This document shows positions 53,919 through 64,000 of a DNA stretch of 64,000 bases, in pieces. The first letter of the stretch is position 1. Every line of letters starts with the position of its first letter. Origin of the DNA: Lingula anatina (taxonomy: Eukaryota > Animalia > Brachiopoda); assembly GCA_051362555.1 (NCBI GenBank), contig CM120644.1:18684534-18748533 (forward strand), read 5' to 3'. Position numbers and translations under genes: made by a program. The notes below the pieces were generated by a model, which was given only the letters and a program-made list of their open reading frames with translations, had not been told where the DNA came from and did not search any database.

Positions 53919-55673
53919 TAAGAATGCATAGGAAACAGAAAGAGACGTGATAATCTGTTAACCTGATTGCATGCAGCATGAGTACCCATGGGGTTGGATT
54001 GCTCAAGGTAGAATGAAAGCTTCGTTGAGAATGTGCCCATAGCACTGGCTAGCCCATCTTTTTACATTTTTACAACATTTTGTGAGGTATCCAATTTTTC
54101 ACACATTTCCTTGTGTGACGCCAGCTTAAAGATCACCAAGTCCAGGTTTAAAAGCCTTCAAATTACTTAAATAAACATATGATGAAATTTCTTTTAAAAA
54201 CATTTGTTACATTTATTTGGGGTAACACTCCTTGCTTTAGTGAGAGATTCCACTGGACAAATTGCAGTCCACCTGCATAGGCTATGAGAAATGACAAAAA
54301 GTAGGTCAAAAATCTATATTTTCTAGGGCATATATCTCCCAACCCAAAAAAGGTGCTGTGATTTTTATTTTTTATACTATTAGAACTATCCTTTATTGAT
54401 AATCTTGGCAAGTCGCATGAGTCTACTCCCCACTGCATTAGGTGATCTTGAGGGTTGGATCTAAAAGTGGTTTGGGGGAGGGGTGAGAAAAACGAGCATC
54501 AATTTACAGGGGGTGATAAAATCCTTTAAAAACAACTTGGTTGTGATGTTGGATGTTTGTTCTAACCAAATATTTACATGATATCAAATATTTTATTCCT
54601 TTTAAAATCATTCTCATGTATATGCACCACAATTTAAGGAGAGTGAAACTGGCCATCTTGAGGCAAAACCGTTGCAAATATTGTTCACCTCATATTTTTG
54701 CCAAGAATGGGTATTTTTCCATTTTACTTCACAGAAGCTCATAACTTCTTAGGACACATCTTCACACAAATTTACATTAAAATCTTTTGACCCCCACCTT
54801 GCCGCTATTGGGTTGAGTTTCTCGTGAAATGGCAGGCTTTTAAGTTAAAACTAGTTAAAACTATTATTTATGTAATACATGTAGTAATGAGAAGTTTTAT
54901 AAAGTCGTTTCTTGTAATGCCGCCATTTTTATAATTTATTTCCGTTATCAGCGTTTCAGCACCAACATTAATATGTACATAAACAGCACCCTTAAAGCTG
55001 ATAATACTGTTTTTCTCATTTAAATATTATGGCACTATATACTATCTGTATGTAAAGTTGATGGCATGGCATACATTTCATGGTCTCGCAGATTTTAGAT
55101 ACAAACACATACGAGCCTAAAATGTCGATATGCTAAACTTTTGTCTGTTTGTTTAAATTAGATACGTGAACATAGATTAGATATACCCTCTACCAGGGCG
55201 ACAGATTGATTTTCCACAGATATTCACAGATATGTCTATAGATAAAAAGACAGCAAAAAATGTTCACAATAATAACTGCGGCCATGGTAGAGAGTAGGTT
55301 AGATAATGTACGTGGACTACGTTTGTCAGTATTATTCTGTTCCAGGAATGAGTAAGTCCAGCGTATGTTTCTTATCTGGTAAACAGCTGCCGATAGAAGT
55401 CCGTGTGATAAATGATTGGTGGAACTTATGATTGCCAATCGTTAATATTTACACAAAAATACCAGACAAGATATGGGACACTACTCCGGCATACCTTTAT
55501 CTGTGTCGATTGAAGTACCGGGAACAATGTTTTTAGTGACTGGTAAAACATATCAAGTTACACAGTAACGTTGTGACACTGCTTTTCAACTTACGAGCAG
55601 AGGACTGTGAAAATAATACCGTTGGCTCATCTATAGACGGTCGGTAATTTTGTAGGCAAATCTGCTAAAGGCT

Positions 55674-56010
55674 ATGTCCAGTGTAACGGTACTGCTTTTT
55701 CTTCTTATCTCCACCTTTTCCGTCACTTTCGATTTTGCGGAGTGGCTCGGTGAAAAGGAAAGACGTTATAACAGTAAAAACTCCCAAATTATGTTGACGG
55801 CTCTAATGTCACTTTCAATACTGCTTCTGGTTATTGACATGATGATAAGAAAGTGCAAATCCTGTTCCGTTCAGATGGGGTGTTTTCCGGCAGAGTTTAG
55901 AGACGAACAGACTCGTCGCAAGGAATTAGCTGGACAAGAAGACAGCGAGGATGAATACCAAGACGCCCTTCCTGAAATCATAGATAACGGGGAGGAGAGG
56001 GCGGTTCCAG
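55674..56010 (+). CDS. Otopetrin-like proton channel, coding exon 1 (TM1-2 and acidic loop)
   Basis: Two hydrophobic helices. The CCAG|GTGAGA phase-1 donor splices in frame to 57270. An in-frame acceptor at 55655 means a further upstream exon is possible. Confidence 0.75.
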
Positions 56011-56164
56011 GTGAGATAATTTTAAAACACTTATATTGATCCCCTTGAACAGGGCCCTGTACCCAATCGCTACTTTCTCTGATACCCCAGGTCTGAGAAC
56101 CAAATTGGAAAAAGACGTATACGTGTATATGGGTTGCAGCTACGAGGGCATTTTACTAAAAAAA

Positions 56165-56534
56165 ACTAGAAAAGCTCTCCGAGAGCGCAGACCTCCGCCA
56201 AGGCAACATTTTATTATTATCATTATTGATTATTAACCCGGATCACCACCAAAAACTAATCATCTGTTCCTTGGCCCACTTCTGACAGTTCCTGAAAATT
56301 TCATCAAACTCGGTCCATAACTTTTTGAGTTATGTTGATGACAGACACCCTGAGCTTCAGAGATAACTTGTCACTAACCTCTTCACAATAGCCTATCTTC
56401 ATCGTGTCAAGTGAAGATAGGCTATAGTGAAGAGGTTAGTGACAAGTTATCTCTGAAGCTCAGGGTGATGACAGACAAACAAACAAACAAACAAACAAAC
56501 AGGGGTGAAATTAAGACCTCCTTGGCGGAGGTAA
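56165..56534. mobile_element. Helentron-associated (HINE/DINE-like) element in the otopetrin intron; a 5' fragment also lies at about 53457-53494
   Basis: Subterminal inverted repeat ACCTCCGCCAAGG / CCTTGGCGGAGGT, short CTCTC-GAGAG hairpin, (ACAA)n microsatellite. Confidence 0.6.
56346..56467. mobile_element. 122-bp near-perfect palindromic mini-element with 8-bp TSD (hAT/P-like)
   Basis: 56-bp arms with one mismatch and a 10-nt loop; ATGACAGA duplicated on both sides. Confidence 0.8.
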
Positions 56535-57269
56535 ATATCAAAACCGAAAAAGAAATAAAGGTGAAGGTGTATGCAACTTACTTGGTATAAAATACCAATT
56601 GAAAAAAAACTGAATCATGGTGAATAAACTTTTTCGAGAAGATTGAGAAAATCCATGGTCCCTGAGAAATCTTTCAATAATAGGAAATGTAACAGAGGAT
56701 AAAACTTCAGTATTTCCTATCTCATTGCATAAATTAACTGCCCTGCCACCACCACCCTTCCCCAGAACATATATTTAAACTATGGAGACAATCATATTTA
56801 ACTTTATCTCGAATGGGAAAAGAGACAAAATAAAACGAGCAACGATAGTGATTACGAAAATGGAAGGGTAAAGGTACCACAAATAAAAAAATTTGCTAAG
56901 GCACTAAAACTTTCATAGCTAAAAAGATGGGCAATAATCGTAAATTACAATTTAATTGATGAGCAATCATCTAAGAATATGCATCTTCGTATTTCAACTG
57001 TAAGGTTAAAATCATTAATTGGTCAATTTCTATTTCTATCCGTATATGTACTACTGCAGTTGTACATACTGTATTTATACCAAGAGAGAGGGAGAGTTCA
57101 CGTGTTGAAGCTTATGTGTGTGTGATTCATAGGCTAAAAATTAATTGTACGATTGTATTTTGTTTGCTATGAAATAAAATAAAAACAATCAATATATTAA
57201 TTAATTAATTAATTAATTGATTGATATGTTTGTTTGCTTGTTGTTTTAATCTTTTTATCTACTAATTAG

Positions 57270-58753
57270 GAGACCAGAATTGTGCCGGCAGGACCGTACA
57301 GCAGAGAATTGCACACTTTCTGGGCAAATACTTGTCGACATTTGGTGTATTTGTCTTCGGAGTAGGCAGCCTCATCTTAGCCAGTCTTTCTGTTGCGGAA
57401 CAAGCAGTATGTATGCACGTTTATCTGAACCTTAGTGGCGATCATAGTTTCGTTACTGCGGCACGAATACAGCAAGATCTCAGGAAATGGACTATCGTGT
57501 ATGAGATGACCAAGGTACTGTTCTTCACAATTCAGCTTACATTTCTACTAACGGGGTTTAGCATGAGGAAAGACTTTGTTGCCACCGCAGGAATCATAGT
57601 GACTTTAAGTGCCAATTTAGGCGTTTGGTGTCAAACTTTCCTTACGAGCTGCAATATAATGGCCCACTCTGCCTACGACCCCTTTCGCTATATTAATTTG
57701 ACGGACTATTCGCTACAGAACGAAACCAGGGAGTGTTTCAACAATACGACGCCAATGAACCAAGCCATGAATTCGAACGTTCGTCCCATGTTGTTTCCAT
57801 TCACACTTGAATTCACCCTTCTTGCCACGAGAATGCTGTTGGATCTATGGCACAGCAGTGAGACCAACACTACTAGTGCCCGTGGACCGGCCGCGGGCGA
57901 CTTGCATAGCACTGGTCGCTCTAGTGACGATTCCGGTTCAATTGGTAGCGCAGGGCAACAGTCCATCAATGATGAACGGCAAGCGGCTAGTGTTGACCAT
58001 CATGACCAGGATGTGCAAAACCCGAATGGTGGTACATGTGAGCACAGGGCAAAAGATGCATTTTTTACGTTTTATATGATTTTCTCTCATAACGTTTTTG
58101 CGGTGGTCGCTGTTATAGTATTCGTTGCCATATATTTTGTCGTTCTAACCATGTATCCTGAAATTAGTTCTTTGAACCCAGCAGAGGCAGAAACATATGC
58201 TGTGATTATGATAAGTTGCAGATTAGCTTTTTTCGCATACAACACGATCGTGTGTCTTGTCTTCGGTATAGTGCTGCTCCGCCAAAGTTATGCCCACGAA
58301 CACAGCAGTCGCCTCTCAGACCAATTCCTCGTCACCGTTTCCGCGGTCGGCGGGTGGACTTTTAATTTCTTTGCCCTGACCAGCGAGTTTACTGTTTCCA
58401 ACGCCAGTGCGTCCAGACTTTTGCCTATTCTAAGCAACTTTTTTGACATAATTCAGATCTTCCTCCAAGCTTTCCTGGTTCTGCACTGTCTTCGTTATCA
58501 GTACAATTGGAGCGACATCAAAGCGAAGGGTGTTTTTAGACAATCAGTCTCTTGTTTGATAATGACAAATTTTGGATGGTGGATAGTGGACACGTTCTTT
58601 GCGCTGAAGTATCACCTCACTCACGCAGAGATGTTTGAATTTTATGGAAAAGAGCTTTGGGGCCTGATTACACATTTTTCATACCCTCTGATCCCGTTCT
58701 TTCGCTTTCAGTGCGCGATGCTCTTTCTGAAAATATACCAGTCGGTTACGTAG
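57270..58753 (+). CDS. Otopetrin-like proton channel, coding exon 2
   Basis: Multi-TM ORF with otopetrin motifs FFTIQLTF, SANLGVW, LFPFTLEF, IQIFLQAF, MTNFGWW and FYGKELWGLI...PLIPFFRF; attag acceptor at 57269. Confidence 0.85.
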
Positions 58754-60412
58754 CACCATCAAGTTGACAGGCGGTTGCATATCAATTGCCGGATCAATGG
58801 TATTCAGGAGGTCGGTGACTTAGGATATATACAGGTACATGTACGTAAAGGACCACATTGAAACATTTGTTATTATGATAATAGCATTTTTAATCATTTT
58901 GGAGGGAGGCATATATAATACCCCATGTTATAAATAAGATATGTTTTGGACATGATGTTAACCTATTATGAATATAAAAATGAATATGGTCAACATTTAA
59001 CATAAATAAGGTGTTCTTGATTTTATTGCGACACATGTTGTTCTCATTGTTGAACCTTGTACATGAAAGTCACCAAATACTCAGTAGTGAAAAGTTATAA
59101 TGATGCGATGTGATCGGTTAAAAAATTTAAACGGAAGGCAGCATGAAGCAAAATGACGTTGTACATGGATCGACAAAACATGCTTCATTGACTTCTTAAA
59201 TGTCCCATTAAAAATGACTGGAAGGAGTTACATGTGAGTACTTTTAGCATAAGGGTCAAATATTTTATAATCTATCGTAAGATTGTTTCTTTTATAAAAG
59301 TGTTTAAAGTGTGAGACTCCTCAGGGAGATATATCGATCCAAATATCTGTAGGAATGGTCCCTTAGTGGTCGTGAATATAAAGTGGGTGGCAAAAAATGT
59401 AATGAAAATAGAAATAATTGATACTTTATTGTAATGGATTCCTCTAAACCTCTCAATCATGGAGATAGCCATGACATTCTCAACTTCAAGCGAGAAATAA
59501 AATTGTGTTTTCACTCATTCTCAGTAGGCCTATAGGTACAGAGATCCACTTAACATTTTTTTTATTCAAAGTAAGCAAGCGGAAGAATTTTTTGTCCAAG
59601 CAGGGAATTATATCGATTTAATTCTTACAATTGATTTGTATCAATTTTTATATCGATTTTTAACTTAAAAAATAAAATAATAGCAACTACCTTTATCTGT
59701 TCTCACACAAACAACATACACGGACTAAAATTTAAGTTTTCGTTACTGTCGCTCGCATAACCATCTCACATTCTATAATCGATTTAGTTCATGTACTTAA
59801 GTAGAAAATCTGCAACTTGTCAGGAAGCGAGTATGTTTCTAACATCTCAGAAAATGTCATGAATGTTTATTTCAAATAACTTAATAAATAGCTTGCCTCT
59901 ACTTTCATGGTGTCGCCTGATTTTTTAATTGAAAAACCTCCGTTACGTTTTTGGCTCACGTCATTTATTATTATTATTATTATTATTATTTTATTTTTAT
60001 TTTTTTTAATACAGTAATAAAATATTCGATTTAGTTTTATCCATTATTAGCAAGAGAATCTGGTGACAGGACAAATTAAATTGTTTTAGAGGAAACACAG
60101 CAAAACTGAATTCTCGTAGAAAGTAATTTGCAGAAATAATTTTCCCATTTTGAATTTAGAAATTTGACTAGCTGAATCACAGTTCTAAACTGTTCCAAAT
60201 GGCACCGTTTGCCCTCCAAAACACTTAAATTTTCGGGATCCTTGAGCGGGCCCTAAACCCCATGCCAATGGGGGCGGGGCGGCTTTGTGCCTGTGGTCTG
60301 TCTTTCCTAAAAAAAAACGGGATCGCCCTTCAAATAATCCTGGCTCCACTGCTGTCATACCACCTGTAAAACGCGTTCAGCAGACAAAAATTATATCTTC
60401 TTGGTGGCATTA

Positions 60413-62043
60413 GGGGAGACCGGGGCTAGTTGGCCCAGTTAGACACATTTGGCCTTGTAGAGCCAACTAGGAGTGGGTTAGAGTAACAAAACCGGTTTCA
60501 TTAAAGTAAGCCCCATGAACTAAGCTACGTATGCAACGTCATTATTTTTCAAATATAACGCCAGGTAGCTCACAATTTGACAAAAAACGCAGTTGACGTC
60601 AAGGGGGCCAACTTGCCCCGCCATGGGGCAAGTTGGCCCCAGGGTCGGGGCAAGTTGGCCCCCCTATTCGAAAATGAAGTATAAATCCCATGTAAACGCC
60701 TTGAAAAACATTTTTATAAATTTTTAATTTATTTAATTGATTTTTGAGAGTCTTTGATGAATAAACAGTTCAAATGAGGCAGATTTATTGAGGTTTCCGT
60801 ACGTCACGTTGTTGGGGGGTATGTTTTGCAAGAACCAAAATATCTATCAATAAAATGTGTTTTGTTTTAATTAAGAATAAATAAATAATGGTATAAAGAA
60901 GGTTTTTAATGTATGAAAACGAATAATAAATTTTCTTTTTAAAAGAAAGTAACAAATTCAGTTTTAAACCATTGAGTTTGTTTCAACAATGGTCTCTAGA
61001 TAGGGAGGGGTGGAAAATCCCCCTGGGGCCACATATAACACTATAAATACAAAGGGAATCCCCTTATTTACAATGAATTAAGGCAAAATAAATGTTTTTC
61101 TACGGAAAGTCCAATGGATTTGCTTTTTAATACTTACAATCATTAGAATATTTCTAATATAAATTTTCAAAAAGACACCAGAGAGAACATTTAAAAAATC
61201 AATCAGACGGTAATAGACACCGGCAAGCTTTGTCAATTTCACCAACTTGTTTATTTCAAACAGCGTTGCGCGCAAAGGTTTGTGGGTAATATGAGGGTCC
61301 AACTTGCCCCGAGTCAAGGGGGCCAACTAGCCCCGGGTGCACATTATTTATTTCAAAGGATGGTAGCCATTTATGGTGCTAGAATGAGCAACGATGATAC
61401 ATCTCTGTGAAACTTGAAACAATGAGCTTCAGTTTGATGCCCTATACATATCTTATATTCGATCAAAAGCCTTTGAAAATAGATTTTTAAATCTCTTAAA
61501 CAAAATTACTTTTAGGTGCAAAAATCGTTTATTTCGACTCACCGCTTAAAGGGATAATAACTCTTTGTTTTGGCCAAAAAATGAATTTTCCTGGAGTAAA
61601 CAATAAGTTTCCCATACTTACTAATGGTTAATGAATCCATTTTTACATTCAAAGTTAGTCCCTGGTTTTTTTCTAAAAAGTTTGGTTTTTTGTTAAAATC
61701 TCTTAAGAGATTATAACAGAGTATAGCCATCAATGGAGGTCACGTGGTCTGAAGACAAGCTCAGATATCAGAATAATAGCTATAACTGCTGTTTTTGTCG
61801 TAAAACAGAATATATTACATTTCTATGAGTTATTCACAATGTTTTTATTGTGAAATATAGATCTCATACAAAGAGTTATTATCCCTTTAAGTAAAACTTT
61901 TTAACGTCCGACACTTCCTTAGCATTGTAGGCTACGGTCACTTTGCAAGAGTATGTGGCCAATTTTTTTTACCTCGTAGTTACTTTTTCATAAATTGACG
62001 GGGGGCCAATTTACCCCGGGGTCCAACTAGCCCCGGTCTCCCC
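60413..62043. mobile_element. Non-autonomous Tc1/mariner-pogo-like element
   Basis: Perfect 21-bp TIR GGGGAGACCGGGGCTAGTTGG / CCAACTAGCCCCGGTCTCCCC flanked by TA; internal GGGGCAAGTTGGCCC repeats; no ORF. Confidence 0.8.
61550..61886 (+). mobile_element. Family B, copy 3, nested in the pogo-like element
   Basis: Same TIRs with TTAA TSD. Confidence 0.85.
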
Positions 62044-62279
62044 TACTTGCCAAATAGGCCTATGTTTTTCTCAAAATTTGCATCGTCGCAATTGAATGGA
62101 AAGCGCACCAGCTTTTACACATTTTAACGTTTTTTAATGATTCCCTCTTCTAAGGGGATTCCTTAAACAAAAACTGTCACGGTGTGGACCGCCTTTGATC
62201 CCATCTAACATTATAGGTGAAGCCAAACTACCGGGGTAGATCTCAGCATAAAACATAGTAAAAACAATCTATCTAGGAA

Positions 62280-62429
62280 CGTCTGTCCCGCCCACTAAAA
62301 GCTGTAAGGGAGTACAGTAGGCCTAGGCTAATTAACTTCCGTGCGCGCTCGGATAACAGCGACTTAGCGTGAACCCCCAGGGAGTTAGGTCGATCCAGAT
62401 GGATCGATCTAAACTGTGGGAATGCAGTC
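62280..62429 (-). mobile_element. MITE family A, partial inverted copy
   Basis: TTAGCGTGAACCCCCAGGGAGTTAGGTCGATC...GGGAATGCAGTC. Confidence 0.7.
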
Positions 62430-63234
62430 TTAGTCTGTATTGAGTTAAAATAAAATATCCCCTAGTGCAGTTCTAAAAGTCTTGAGGCCACATTACGCGC
62501 TAACTTTGTGCAACCATTTATTAGTCTATTTTTTCCACTAATAATAAAAATAATCATTTTGCAAATAAAGATGATCATTCAGTTTATCCAACACAAATGC
62601 TGTACAGTCTGTGTAGATTGCAGCAGATTGCAGTAGGGAGCAGACGATGGCGTGCAGCGCGGGAACGAAAATGAAATGAAATATCTGCACAGGTGCAGTG
62701 TCAGGCGGTGCTCATTTATGGCACCTTGCATTTTGTTGTGAAATCAAGAAATTTTCTAAAACTCATAAATACCTGATAAGTTATTGAGATATGAAAAACT
62801 CCGTGCTACAGAATGGTTTTAATCCCTGTGCAAAGTGAAATAACAGTGGAGAAATAAATAAAAATAAGATACCTAAGCGGTGGATGACGTCATCAATGAC
62901 ACGACCCACTCGTAGTGTGTCAAGTAAAATGGCGTCCGTGTTAAAAGCACACAATCCGTCGACCTGTATTTATTTGACCGATCATCAATGAAAAAGATGA
63001 TAGGACAGCAAGTAACTGAATCAAGACTGAAAAACAAAGTATCAGGTAAGTTTCTATCATAAATACAAGTATACAGCGTTTCAGGCTCAGCGTTGGGACC
63101 CAGACTTGGGGCCGTAGCAATAGAGCGAACTAATTATGACGTCATCATTTTTCCCGCGTGTCCTAGCGTCGCCATATTGGTAGTCGGAAGCAACATAGCG
63201 GTAGCACCGGTCGATTTTCACTATTTGCTTTAAA

Positions 63235-63457
63235 ATGCCGACGATGTGTGCCGTATATGGCTGTTCAAACAAACATGGTGCTAACAAGGAAAACAACAGG
63301 TCATACTATAGGCTGCCAAAAGTCATTGCCAATCAAGGGGACAGGACAAAAGAACTCTCACTTGCGAGACGTGTAAAATGGCTTGCGAATATTGGGAGAG
63401 CAGATATCAAGGAATCAAGCTACAAACACGTTCGTGTTTGTTCGGATCACTTTATGG
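63235..63457 (+). CDS. THAP zinc-finger protein exon 1 (probably a PIF/Harbinger-ISL2EU transposon gene)
   Basis: MPTMCAVYGC...YRLP...RRVKW...RVCSDHF C2CH THAP signature; G|GTAAGT phase-1 donor. Confidence 0.88.
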
Positions 63458-63788
63458 GTAAGTTATATGTGAAGCAATGTAGTTATGTTTATATTTGATC
63501 GTTTCTTTTAAGTATTTTGTGTGATATGTACTTGCTGTTTCAAGTATAATTGACAAGTGCATAGTACGCCATTTTTGCTTTTTATTTCCGCATGCAGATC
63601 AATTTTGCATTGATTAATAGCCTTAATTGGAAATAATCATGGTGAAAATTGATTATTGCTTGTAATTACCAGTAAAAAAATCAGAAAACAAAAATCATTT
63701 CACGTTTTCAGTACACAAATATTCTTTCATGGGTTCAGTATATGACATATGTATTATCTTTTTTCACATAGATATTTTTGTCTTCTAG

Positions 63789-64000
63789 ATAAACCAGCTG
63801 CATTGTATGACCATCTGAATCCTGACTGGGCTCCAACCGTTAACATGGGTAGAACTTCTCCAAGTGACAGCATGCTATCTGGGTCTGCCTCTGACAGATA
63901 CACTCGGTCAGTCCAGAGATCTGTGAAGCGGAAGAGGCAAGATGCAGCCGAAACATTACTGTCATTGCAAAGTGCCCCTGAGCTTGACACACCAGAAGAC
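63789..64000 (+). CDS. THAP protein exon 2 (DKPAALYDHLNPDWAPTVNMG...), open to the window end
   Basis: ttctag acceptor in frame. KPA-LYD--NPDWAP is typical of THAP domains fused to Harbinger/ISL2EU DDE transposases. The DDE domain is not visible in the window. Confidence 0.8.

Noticed and set aside
57332-57334. TTG start of the 473-aa ORF as a single-exon gene
   Set aside because: The frame is open back to an acceptor at 57269 that splices in frame to the 55674 exon.

Overview
AT-rich, intron-rich animal genomic DNA. The gene families, repeats and microsatellites suggest a marine invertebrate, possibly a lophotrochozoan or mollusc (inference). From left to right: (1) the first coding exon of an adenylate cyclase type 5/6-like gene on the minus strand (7737-8693), with candidate upstream untranslated exons; (2) three tRNA-Ser-derived loci: two intact tRNA-Ser(UGA) genes and one decayed copy whose anticodon has become UCA; (3) a complete 11-coding-exon class B1 (secretin/calcitonin-receptor-like) GPCR on the plus strand (39302-53384, about 637 aa as spliced by hand), with an enlarged Cys-rich ectodomain and a non-canonical TM6; (4) a two-exon divergent otopetrin-like proton channel (55674-58753, about 606 aa); (5) the start of a spliced THAP-domain gene of the PIF/Harbinger-ISL2EU type at the right edge. 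Introns and intergenic DNA carry many non-autonomous DNA transposons with visible TIRs and TSDs (Harbinger-like, Kolobok-like, pogo-like, 5-bp-TSD families, a Helentron-like HINE), some of them nested. There are no prokaryotic features and no CRISPR array. I found no definitively new system. The best leads are the atypical GPCR and otopetrin, their neighbourhood with an adenylate cyclase and a CRE cluster, and the UCA-anticodon tRNA relic.
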